Below the pieces are notes generated by a model that was not told the origin of the DNA, ran no database searches, and saw only the letters and a program-made list of their open reading frames with translations. The position numbers were made by a program, and so were the translations under genes. This document shows, piece by piece, positions 51,752 to 63,050 of a stretch of 64,000 nt of DNA. Each line of letters opens with the position of its first letter. Within the stretch, counting starts at the first letter, position 1. Origin of the DNA: Phoronis australis (lineage: Eukaryota > Animalia > Phoronida); the NCBI GenBank assembly GCA_002633005.1, contig NMRA01000038.1, forward strand, positions 581,329-645,328, written 5' to 3'.

Positions 51752-53269
51752 TTAGTTCTCCGCCACTTGTTCCTCAGTTGGGGGCTCATATTGCATAAGC
51801 TGAAATAAAACAAATTGATGACATTTACACCCTCATATTGCATAAGCTGAAATAAAACAAATTGATGACATTTACACCCTCATATTGCATAAGCTGAAAT
51901 AAAACAAATTGATGACATTTACACCTGACACTGACCCCTTTGCATCAACCTAGATCCACCACCCATGCATCTAGTCCTTATGAACAACAAATTTTACTTT
52001 TGCCCTGTGCTTCGTTGTTTCTACACCAACTTATTAATCACATCTGACACAATCCTCCTCCCCATCGCATTAAATCTACTTGCCACGCGTTATCAATCCC
52101 ACAAATCACAAGTGCTACCTTCTTCTCAAGCGCATTGTTCTTGCCAGAACCTGATCATTTGCACCTAATTCTACCCCCACATTTGCCTTGGATTCTCCCA
52201 GAAAAAGCCTGCACTCAACAGCTTATCATACCCAACTGAACATCCCATCTCCCTCACACTTAATGGATCTCTGACCTTTCCCACAAACCAAACGCTCTAC
52301 ATTGCTCTCCAGTTCCATATTCTCCGAGTGCCCTATGTCACAGCTTATTATTCCCAAACGACCCAGTGACCCCTCTCCATCAACCTGCATCCACTTTCTA
52401 CCCCTAGATATACCTTGGTCTTGAGCTCTGTGTTTTCCTCAGTGAGTGCTTCCACCTTTTGCCTGAGTTCAGTCACCTCCAGTTTAAGTGCCTCAACGTC
52501 GGCCGTCTCCGGGCCGGCACTGCCCAGATGCATTCTTAAAAAGCTGGCACACAGGTTAAGGTCATAGCCAAAAGAGGGCTTAAAACTACAATTCCTCAGT
52601 AACCACACGAAAAATGAATTTAACTCATAAAATAAGTCGCATAACATTCCTTACCACAACAGCACTTGATTTCCATTGCCAACAAAAGAACATCAAAACC
52701 ATCATTTTTTTAAGGCTGACCAAGTGAGCCTTAAAATTGCTAAATTCGAAAATAGTGCATGTGAGTGGAAGGCCGGCTTATTCAGCAACAGCTCCAGATC
52801 AGATAAGCGTGGTGTTTTAATTTATCACAAAATTTACAAGTCTTTACCTACTTAAAATCTACCAGCTACCTAAACAATTTGCCTAATTTCATAAAAGTCT
52901 GCCAAGGAACTCCAAAGATAGAGGCAAACACAAAAATTCACCCTGCCACTAGGAACCACATTGGTAGACAGCTCTGCTTTCATATTCATAGGAATAAACT
53001 CGCCGAACTTTACAAATATCCTATGAGGGGTAAAGGGAGATGTGGCAGCGTATGCCGGATGGGCAGACGGAGATGACGGCAGTATGCACCTGCACATGTG
53101 TAACATGCGTGTGCATAAAAAGCTGCAAACCTTTAACAAAAGGATACTCTAATGCATTGTTTGGCTTCTCTGGCTCTTCATATAAGCCAACCAAAACTTT
53201 AGTTAAAGCATCTAGAACACCAGCCTTTTCCAAGTATTTTCGGAATTCCTCTCGTTTTGAATCTGCTGC
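51752..53269 (-). CDS. MYCBP: c-Myc-binding protein (AMY-1) homolog; short first coding exon not resolved
   Basis: Exons 53269-53148 (AADSKREEFRKYLEKAGVLDALTKVLVGLYEEPEKPNNALD), 52543-52414 (FLRMHLGSAGPETADVEALKLEVTELRQKVEALTEENTELKTK), 51799-51752 (LMQYEPPTEEQVAEN*). One candidate start exon is ATGGAG|GTGACA at ~53343-53338 (uncertain). Confidence 0.93.
51785..51925 (-). repeat. Perfect 47-bp unit x3 spanning the MYCBP last-exon acceptor
   Basis: Minus strand GGTGTAAATGTCATCAATTTGTTTTATTTCAG|CTTATGCAATATGAG, three identical copies. Confidence 0.95.
52544..53147 (-). other. MYCBP: U12-type GT-AG intron in MYCBP
   Basis: Minus-strand 5' splice site |GTATCCTTTT; branch site ACCTTAAC followed by CTGTGTGCCAG|. 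Splicing restores NAL-D-FL. Confidence 0.92.
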
Positions 53270-54037
53270 CTGTGAAATAGAAATCCCTACTGTAGATAAC
53301 CAGCAATGTATTTGCTCGATTCATCAGAATTTGTCACCTCCATTACACACAGAAACTTCCACTACATTGCCGAGAGCGTGACTTTATCGTATCAACATAA
53401 GGGAACAAACAACTGCAGAGTCAACCACACCAGCAACTTGACGCGATTCTCGATTAATCGATATTTTTCCTCTTAACTAAGGTGACAAGTACATTGGGAT
53501 CGCCCATGTAAGGCAGTTTAACAATTGAACCATGACACAATGCAATTTTAATTAGATCATCAGTGTTTTTTTCGATTATATCATGAGTTCCAATTTAACA
53601 ACACATAAGAGAGTACTGCAGAACGGAAGGCTTCATATTTTATTTAAAGTGTGAGGTAAAACACAAATACAGTGTAATAGTATTGTGATTTGTACTGGAA
53701 CTACACTTACCTTAAATGGCACAATTAGTTAGAATGGTTTATTATATAAGTCTTGCCAAACAGTTCTATGAAATGTGACGCATGTGTATGTGGTCTTGTG
53801 TATTGCAAAAACATGTTGTTGTACAGTAGTTAGTCCACAATAAAGTAGTGTTCAAGTAAAGACGTCTTCCTCACTCTCCACATTACATACAGTCTCAACT
53901 TTAAGTGTCTCAACTGTCTAAAAGTCAAATCAAATGCACTGTTCCAAGATTAGAATTTTTGGTATATGCCCTCCTATTTCTGAGATACATAAGTACGCGA
54001 GTATATTTTAAACAATGATATGATGTGGTTCTAGCTA

Positions 54038-54865
54038 CAGGGCTCGACATAACGAGATGCAGGTCACATTTGCGACCTAAAATTTAGAAATGCGAGCTGA
54101 GATTTTTGCCAGCTCATATCAAGTCGCAAAATGCGACCTGGAATTTTCAACACATGCAAGCCGAGTTTTTACACTTCTCGGCAGACCTGGCAAATATAAA
54201 GCAGCTTGTGTGAATCTGACCATTATTTGGTTGTTGCTAAATCAAGTTCAAAAGAACACTAACCGAGAACAGCCCTCCCGATGACTTCTAAGTTCTAAGC
54301 ATGTCACGTGAACATGGGAAAATGCAGAAGTGTTTCATTGACTGACATTTTTCGCTACAGGATGTTTTCCAAATGTCGTTTAAATTGCAAAGTTTTGGCT
54401 AAGAACAATAAATGGAGGGATTTGCACTCGAAGTTAATTGGAATCTTTAACGATTTTGATGACAGTCATATAGCAGGTCAGGCCTAACAAAATCATAGGT
54501 ACTTTTTCATCGAATATTTTCGCAATTTTAACATTGCAAGATTAGTTACTCAAATGCACATGTCGGTTAGAGAGCACGGATTCAACTTTCACGTTGGCAA
54601 CTAGCCTAGCGCTCTAAAGCCTTTCAGTGGTGGCCGTGAAGAACAGTAACACCATATCTGAATGTAAGAACTCAATTTCGCGCATGTAAAAGCATAATAT
54701 AAACATTTTCTTGATGATCTAAAATCAATTTTGGCACATAAAAATTGCAGAAAATTTTGCGACCTGGCATTTATGAATGCGAGCTGTATTTTGAAAATGC
54801 GACATCGGATTTTGACAAAGTCGCAAAATGTGACCTGGTGATATTCAGACCAGTGTTGAGCCCTG
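54038..54865. mobile_element. Non-autonomous DNA transposon (hAT6-like)
   Basis: TIRs CAGGGCTCGACA ... TGTTGAGCCCTG; flanks TAGCTA / TAGTTA (6 bp, 1 mismatch); subterminal GTCGCAAAATG(C/T)GACC repeats at both ends. Confidence 0.8.
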
Positions 54866-57800
54866 TAGTTACTATGTAATTTCAGAGGAATAAAATCGTC
54901 TGCTATTTTACAATCTCCATTTTTGACCTAATGATGTCATGCCAGCTTATCAGCCAAGTGAATGCTTTAGTTTGTGAGTTAACCGCTAGTTAGAAATGAA
55001 AATCACAGAATGACAAGTGAATTGTAAACAGTTGAATCTTCGAGTGAATAAGTTCTTCTGAATGGATCAATTTCCGAGTAGATATTATTTCTGCAGATAA
55101 ATGTGTTCACGCGATTGCAACTTCGACATGTGGAGGTTAATGTTTGATGTGCTACGCCTACGGTATCAATGTAATGACTTACAACACTGTTTAAAGGTTG
55201 ATCTACCGACTGCTCTACAGGTTAATATAATTTTCACAACAAGGTGACAAGCAAATCTACTGCGCAGTGTGAAATGTCGAGGTCTGCGAGAAGTTAACAC
55301 ACAACAGTTCCTATTATTTTCGGTATTTGTAATCCTCAGGTCACACAGACACAGACACAAAGCTAGCAGGCTGGCTACTTAGTGGCAAAGCTAGTGAAAT
55401 TTAATACTATAAAAAGTTTTTAGGGGCCAAACCAAATGTGTTTACGTCGAGTCATAAGTCATGTCCCAATCTTTCTTGGCGTATCACCGCAGCCTCTGGT
55501 TTGTTTCACGTTTAATTTGGATAGGACAACACACCAATAATACGAATCGGTGGGAACGTATTTACGCAAAACACTGGTTTTATTATGATTTTAACCATTT
55601 ATTTCAAAGAAATATGAGCATGTCAGACTGCACAGTCCGAAAACGTTCCATACTTACTCTATACGACGTCATTACGAAGTGAAAACGCGACAATTTGCCT
55701 AAGTTATGAAGATATTTTCAAGCTTTTGAACCTTGTGTTGCTATATGCGCGTAAGGGATGCGCAATAGACCTTTTTACGGAAGAGACGAATACGCGTGCG
55801 CATAACAGTAGAGATTTGTGGGAACACGGAACACGGTAACCCAGCCTCGTCTCCCAGCCACAAGATAGCGCTGAGGTGGCACTGACCAGTTAGGGCCGGC
55901 CGGGTAGGCGGCCAAGCTCATGGGGCATTTTTTAATTAGGTATTGTATGTAGGCCAAGTAAATGTGGTATGTTTGTATTTGTGAACATGCTGAGAATAAA
56001 AAGGCCACTTGCTCTGCTGTAGCTGCACTCTTTTTCAAGTTGGTGGCCCCCTGTTGCAGTTGTGCATTGCTGTGTAGCGATACACTCTATCACAGTGCTA
56101 AACGAAACCACTTTGCAGTATAGGTGGCGCTGTGTCAGAGGGTGGTGTAGCGACTGAGAGTGACCGTTCAGGTAGCCTCAGCCCCCAAAACAAGCCAGAT
56201 TTGCAAAAAAAGCTAGTTGGTTGACAGTACTTTTGCACCACATTTTTGGGGTTCGATCCGATCTCATACAATTCAATTCCGTTACCTGCAATAACATGGA
56301 AACCGACAATCATCGAATCAAAAACGAAAGCTTCTGAGTTTATTGGGATGAACCACTGCATGCCTGTGACTTGAGCGGGTGACGGGCACGCCAACTGACG
56401 GCCGGTAAGCCGCATAACGGCGATTTCATGAAGGTTCGGCTCTAGTACGTATTTAAGACCGATACAGATGTTCTGCCGCCTCACTCAAGTATTGAAAGTA
56501 ACGACGGACAATTCAGAAGCTGCTAATCCCTACTGGGAATTCAAGTCGCAATCTAAGTTAATTGGTTAGTACCCGGCAGTGGCAGATGTACGGCGGTGTG
56601 TGTGTGACTAAAGATATATCGACTACCTCATGTAAGACGACGGTTTCTGTGCTGGTGACAAGTGCATGAAGTTCGGTAGTAAGGGAAGGGTTATGGTTGT
56701 TTTTATAAGTCTACCACTGCGGCCCAATGACTAGTACAGTGACGTCATATGTGGTGGTTGCTAGGGGGCCTAGTCAGTCAGTACTCATAAATTATAGAGG
56801 CCGCCAATCTAGCTTGTAGTGAAGAGACATCTGGTGAACACATGAAGAGACGAATGATGAGCGTCACTATCCAAAAATGATCAAATTCAAAATGTTTAAC
56901 TTCAGGTGCGCGTTGAGTTGCTGAAAGAGACTAAAGTCCTCAGAAGCATTTGTTGACTGCTAGCATGCAAATTTTGTCTTAGTAAGAAGCATGCTCGTAG
57001 CCAGCTGTTGCAGATGCATTTCACGGAATTTGATCAATGGGTTTCATCGCAAAATCAATATTAATAGACATTTGAATTTTAGCTTAAAAACAGCGAAGTT
57101 TCATGATTCAGTGTTTTAATTTTCTTTTGAAAAATCTTTATTTTATTGGCACTTTGCGTAATTTATGGCAAAAGATGTGACATAGTTTTTGATTAGCCAG
57201 TGGGAATATTAAAACAAAGCTTTTCGGACGGCGACGTCTATGACTCAAAGATGTCCAACTGACGGAATTTGGTGAATAAGACATTTATAAACCGATTTTT
57301 TCGCATCACATTCTTGGAAACGAATCACGACCTTTGATCCGGCAAAAGAATATCCCCATAGTCCTTGTAGTGTCCTTGCATTCTGCAACAATAATGAGTG
57401 AAAAATTCTTATTTGGTGTCAAGGGAAAATTTGCATTTACAAAACAACAATGACGACACCTTTGGGTGCCGAGAACTATCCCGAAACCAAACAAATATTT
57501 CAAAATTCAAGAGGTGAATCTTCCATCGTGCATGCAGTTACGAAGGCCTAACCAGCAATGGTATCAGTCTCCACTGACGGTCTACGTGATGTCGGTCCAC
57601 GGCATCTTCGTGACCGACAGATTTCAAGTTGCTAAAGATTTCGGTGTTTTAGTGATGTTACTAACTCGATCATGTTGCTAATCAGTTTTAATGCATAGCT
57701 GTCCCAAGTCTCAACCCTGGCGTTGCCAGCAAAGACTATTCTCGCGGAAAGGGAGCTGAGGAATGAGACCAAAGGGTTATTGAACAAGCGTTCCCTCTGA

Positions 57801-58649
57801 CAGGTTTTCACGCCACTGTTTTGCCAACCTGTTAGTGTACCGTCTGGGTCGTGTATTAACGCTGGTCCTTTAATAAACGCCGGTCTCGAATAAGCGCGAC
57901 ACTACGGTAATCACACCTAGACTCGGAGGTTCTAGTGTGCTTCCGCCGGCTGCTCCGCGCCATACTTGTATATATGTTCGGACTTGTGTTTCAAATATAT
58001 GTGAGTCGCACGAGACGGGCACATGGGTGGCGCAGCACTGAAAGAAGTGAGGGGCTATTATAGCCCCCAGCCCCCTGGTGGTGCACCGTGAGAGCATCGG
58101 CAGTGAACTGAGTACCTGACTGAAAGGGGGAGGCCTCATAGCCCCCAGGCCCGGCCCCTATGGTGCTTAGCCCATGACTTGTCGCATGGTTTCTGTTGAA
58201 TTCATGTATTCTCGTATGGGTAAACAAAAACAAAACCAGCAAAAAATTTGTTATCCCGTTTCATTATTGCTGGATTTTGACAATCTGACACAAGCTTGCT
58301 TAGAGAACTTTATTCAAGAGCACTAAAATTCTTGCTTTTACAGTTGATGAGAGAGCTTTGGAAGTCATTATATATTTTAAACAAAAGATTTAATTAATAC
58401 CATTACCAGTGGCCTACGCTTGCTCCTATGAAAATGAAAACTATTTCAAAATTACGCGTCTTTGTAAAGCCGCGAATGAACTAACCCGAACTGTAAAAGT
58501 AACCTAACAACGCCATCTGCCGGACACTAAAAGTCCCCAATCTGTCGATACCTGTCTCACAAAAAGCCTATCACTAGTACGCATCTTTGCAAAGTCTAGA
58601 ACGAAACCCTCCTACTAAATGACGAAAACTGCATAATGACGAAGTCGCC

Positions 58650-59360
58650 CTATCTGTTGGTACCTGTCGCCCAAAGAGCACCATGATTACCGTACAAGAC
58701 GAGGTTACCATCATTTTGCATAATTAAATGCGAAGCCGTCTTTCCGTTCGTTCCGCTTGACCACTTCGCTTTTTTACCGGGGGCATAAAGAACAACATTG
58801 CCGTCATCCTGCATTATGAGTTGAGTTGCCCCAGAACCATACGTGTCAGACGCCCATATTGGCTCCGATTTCTCATCGTACACGACGAAATTGCCATCTT
58901 CTTGCATTATGGCTTTGTAGCGACCGTTTCGCGAGATCAAAGCATCACTGTGACGAAGATCTTCTCTGTATTTTGCACGCAGTTGGTCTATCTCTCGATG
59001 CGTATTTGACGCCCACAATGCCCCGCCGTCGCCGTAGGCAACAAGGTTTCCGTCGTTTTGCAATACTACATACCAGACGCGCCTGCCGTGCGTGTTACTG
59101 GCCCAGACCGGGGTACCGTCTGCCATATAAATGACCATGTTACCGTCATCTTGCACAATGAAAAACTTGCCCCCTTTGCCACTAGTACCGGAGGCCCACG
59201 TGGCCAAACGGTTGCCGAAATGGTTGGTGTATATCACAAAGTTCCCGTCATCCTGCATGATGGCTTTGTAACGCTCATTCTGCGATTCGAGTTCTTCTCC
59301 AGTTTTCAATTTCTGCCCAACGTAGAGTTTATTTCTAATGTCCGAGTATAAGGAGGCCAT
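58650..59360 (-). CDS. Bulb-type (GNA-related / B-lectin) mannose-binding lectin with two tandem beta-prism II domains, 236 aa
   Basis: Uninterrupted ORF MASLYSDIRNKL...WATGTNR with six QxDxNxVxY motifs (QDDGNFVIY, QDDGNMVIY, QNDGNLVAY, QEDGNFVVY, QDDGNVVLY, QNDGNLVLY) and W(A/S)S(G/N/D)T motifs. An acceptor TTTTCAG|AAAATG lies 3 nt upstream of the ATG; minus-strand AATAAA at ~58308-58313; no signal peptide. Confidence 0.93.
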   Translation of the reverse strand: MASLYSDIRNKLYVGQKLKTGEELESQNERYKAIMQDDGNFVIYTNHFGNRLATWASGTSGKGGKFFIVQDDGNMVIYMADGTPVWASNTHGRRVWYVVLQNDGNLVAYGDGGALWASNTHREIDQLRAKYREDLRHSDALISRNGRYKAIMQEDGNFVVYDEKSEPIWASDTYGSGATQLIMQDDGNVVLYAPGKKAKWSSGTNGKTASHLIMQNDGNLVLYGNHGALWATGTNR

Positions 59361-59452
59361 TTTCTGAAAAGATGAGACCAAATTAATCTTTGTCATCATC
59401 CTCATTGCTCGAAAACAAGGGAAGAAAATAAAACTCTTTTAAACCAATATAC

Positions 59453-59603
59453 CAGTGGCGGATTTAGAGGGGGGCCAAGGGGGGCCCCTTAAAATTCTCT
59501 CAGATTCCATTGGGCAGTTCGGGGGTGCGAATGTCTGATGGGCAAAATCCTGGCTATTAATCTGCCCTGACCCCCCCATCTCAAAATCCTGGATCCACCC
59601 CTG
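59453..59603. mobile_element. Short MITE, CAGTGGCGGAT family, perfect 5-bp TSD
   Basis: CAGTGGCGGATTTAG ... CTGGATCCACCCCTG flanked by TATAC on both sides. Confidence 0.85.
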
Positions 59604-60099
59604 TATACTAAGAGCAAAGTTTAAAGCACTTAATTGGTGCCAGAAGTTTTGAGAACCAGTTTTCTCCACTGAATAACTGACATAAACTGGTTCTCAAAAT
59701 ACGGGCATGTTATATCAGACTATTGCCCTACTTAACATATACTTTTGCACACCTTCAAAGGAGGGGTAAGGAGAGAAGTAACGCTAGAGGGGATGGTGGT
59801 AACTGTGACCAGTTCTTAACGCGAATGCGAATGTTGATAACAAAAAAAGTAGTGCACAGTCTTGAGCGGACTGAAGTAAAGTGTCAGAACACACAAACGT
59901 TGTTTTTGACGAACTTCTAAGAAAGCCGGAGGACATTGTCAAATATGAAAACCCACAAGAGTCACGGTGGTTAATTATATAGAATGTTCTAAAATGAATT
60001 TATACAGCAAAGTAAATGAATGATCCATCAAACCAATTTCGAACAATAACTTCAAAAGTGAAGTTGTTACTTGACAAGTATTAAAGAATTTTGTCATGA

Positions 60100-60900
60100 G
60101 GAATATAATGCTTTTATATGATGTTAACGGCCATTAAATAAGTGACTAAGCCGATATTCTTGACACGATTTAGGGGTTTTAATGTGATTTATACAAATGC
60201 ATAAGTGTAGGACTTGAAAATATTATTTATTACATAATAGATTTATCCGTTCTTTCTAAAATTATTTGATCTGAACAGGGTTTTTAACCAGGAGATATTC
60301 ATGATGGAAGTAGCTGATGTTTTAACAATCTCAGGATCCGATGAATTTCCATCAGAATTTTGATTTTTTCAAACTTTTTCATCAGTAGAGCCTAACATGC
60401 GAGTTGAAGCGTGGGGATCACTGAGTCGCAAAGACAAAGAATAATTACTCTTATTCCCGGCCAAAATGATAAACTTTGCGATCTTTTGAAAAACTGGAGA
60501 CTTCTTTATTTGGTGTTGTTGCTAAGTGTATTAGAAATACCTTTAACTAAATTAATCCACGAGAACCAAAAAAGATTTTTGATGGGAGTTTGATTGGTGA
60601 AGACACGCTTGTAACATTGAAGATAACATCCCTGGACTATTGATGCTAATAGACTTTAAAAAGGCAGTTGATCCAATCTCTTGGATATTCATACAGAAGT
60701 AGTTAGCGTTTTAAACTTTGGAAAATATTACACAGTTGATTGACGTACTGTTAAAAGCTTTAGAGCTTTGTATAATAACGTATGATATTTTTCAATCAGC
60801 CATGGCTCTGGACGTTGCGAACCTGTTTTTGTTGTAATATTTTAGGTATTTTGTTAAAAAATACATGTTGAAATGGAATATAATTTCAAAACAAGGAATG
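60100..60900 (+). mobile_element. Degenerate L1/Tx1-clade LINE reverse transcriptase fragment
   Basis: Broken frames give SGSDEFPSEF, SQRQRIITLIP...LKNWR, KLIHENQKRF and GLLMLIDFKKAVDPISW, matching early L1/Tx1 RT motifs. Stops and frameshifts are present; boundaries approximate. Confidence 0.75.
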
Positions 60901-62236
60901 TAAACTTCTTCTGTATATTCATTATAACCCTTCTGTACTTCTTTACACAGTCCCCAATTCATCACCATCACCAGTCTAATTCTAATTGTCTATTTGCAAA
61001 CTTTTACACTTCAATTTTGATAAAACTGCTAGTATTTGGCTAGTCTCCTCATTTGTGGTATTACATTTTCATCCAGTTTAAAATGTGGTAGAGTTAAATT
61101 ATACATTCATACAATTTTTTGGGATTGCAAAACTGTAGAGCCATAATGGCAAAATCAAATCTTTTGTGATAGTGTAACAATATCCACTGCATCGTTTGGA
61201 TTTCCGACTCTTCTGATTAAACATTAATGTTAAGTATAATTTTCTACTCGACTACGACATATTCCTGAGCTTAGACAACTGCAAACGGTTATTATTACAT
61301 AATGCAAAATTGACAAAACTATCCATCTACAAATCACTTGTCACTAGATATTTGCGGCGGTGAGGATATCTTGTGCCCGTTTTGTAAGATTAATTGTGTT
61401 GTGTGTTTCATCGCTGCTTCATTAATTGGATTAGGTAATACATCCGTGCATTATAAATCTGAATGCATGTTTTGTTTGAAACAGAAAAAATTATGAAAAT
61501 GTATTTATTATCGCCAGATTCTCCATTGCCTAAGAAGAAAGCGCTTAAATGTACCAAACGAACACGAGACCAAGAAACTTAAGAAAGTGGAACGAAATTG
61601 AAAAATTAGAAATTTAATTGAGAAAGCGGCAATAAACATCCCTTCCCTCATAGAATTATAGAAATTAACTTTTTATTTAGATCAGTTACCGCTTTGAAAC
61701 AGGTCTCCAATTGTTCCTTAGTCAAAACAAATGTTGTTTTTGGGCTTGGAAAGAAAGGCAGTTCATTATTGCTTGTCTACTTCATAAAGTGATTTGGTCT
61801 GACACTCCACACAACTATTTCCGAAAAATAATTAAACTTCGCTTGAGCAAAAATGAAAAGTCTCTGAGAATATACAGATAATTGTCAGTTACTGAGATAA
61901 TTTCTATAAACAATTTCTTGACTATCGTGCTCTCATAAAGCGTTTTCAACAACTATTAAGTTGAGGGTGTGTCAAATTTCTGTCTCAAGTCTTTTAAAAG
62001 TCACTTTCATAGAAGAGTGTCTCACTGTGTGCCCTCCAGCACAACTTTCTTCAATAGTACACGGCGCATGTTTCAACAATTCTACTATGCCTCCCTTTTA
62101 TTTCATTTCATAGATGAAAAAGATGGTGCTGAGTTAGGTGTGTATTTTTAGAATATTCTCGCTTTAGCCGAAGTTAATCAATCACAAAAGAGTCAATAAT
62201 TGAGGTTACGTTAGATTTGCTATTGATGATGTTTGG

Positions 62237-62368
62237 CTGAATCAGTGCAATATGAATAATGTAACCACTCGCTGCTACTGATGATGTCTGGCTGAATCAG
62301 TGCAATATGAATAATGTAACCACTCGCTGCTACTGATGATGTCTGGCTGAATCAGTGCAATATGAATA
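62237..62368. repeat. Tandem repeat, ~49-bp unit x~2.7
   Basis: GGCTGAATCAGTGCAATATGAATAATGTAACCACTCGCTGCTACTGATGATGT repeated head to tail. Confidence 0.85.
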
Positions 62369-62572
62369 GCGTAACGAGCCACTCGCTTCATGCGCTGACA
62401 CCTATTTTGCCAAGATAGGCTGGTAAATTCCCGTGCATACTCGTGAAAAAATCGCCTTTCACCTTCGTGATTTTGCGAGATTTTGCTTTTCTAGCAAGAA
62501 ACTTGGTCTAAAGAAGACTAGAGGTCGGAGCGAAGCTGCGGAATACTCTCCAGAACACAGTTAGCTTTCTGA

Positions 62573-63050
62573 TTTATTTATTCATTTATTTATTGTGATA
62601 TTTAAAATGAGAGTGGCCTCTTCAGTGATAGCACTGCTTTCCAAGAGGGGCCTCAACGACAAAAAAAGTAATATAATACATTGAAGTAATAAAACAACAA
62701 TTAAATATACATAACAAAGATGCAATTAAAACAGGTTGAGAATTAAAAAAATAAATAAACGACGAAGAATGGTGAAAATTTAACTAAGAGAGATTAAATA
62801 AATAAAGAGATGACTCTAAACAGTGAGATTGTCTACGACAGTGAAAAAATGACATGATTAAGACAGGTAGGTTATAAAACAGTTACTAGGTAAATTACAG
62901 TTACTTTTAATGTTGAGTTTGAAGGTATTAATTAAATCGGACCACATAGTTTCTGGGCTAAGAGAATTCCACATTGTAGCAGCAGCATACATAAAAGATC
63001 TCTTGCCAGTCTCGGTGTTAATTATTTACAAGAAACATTTCCAGCAACAG
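62573..63050 (-). mobile_element. 3' fragment of a CR1/L2-clade LINE
   Basis: Minus strand encodes TETGKRSFMYAAATMWNSLSPE...FKLNIK, a typical CR1/L2 ORF2 C-terminus, then a 3' UTR ending CTTGGAAAGCAGTGCTATCACTGAAG...(ATAA)n. The same 3' tail occurs on + at ~12699-12775 and ~14658-14735. Confidence 0.75.

Noticed and set aside
59361-59405. N-terminal extension MRMMTKINLVSSFQK of the B-lectin ORF
   Set aside because: It overlaps a polypyrimidine tract and CAG acceptor and is not signal-peptide-like, so it is probably intronic.
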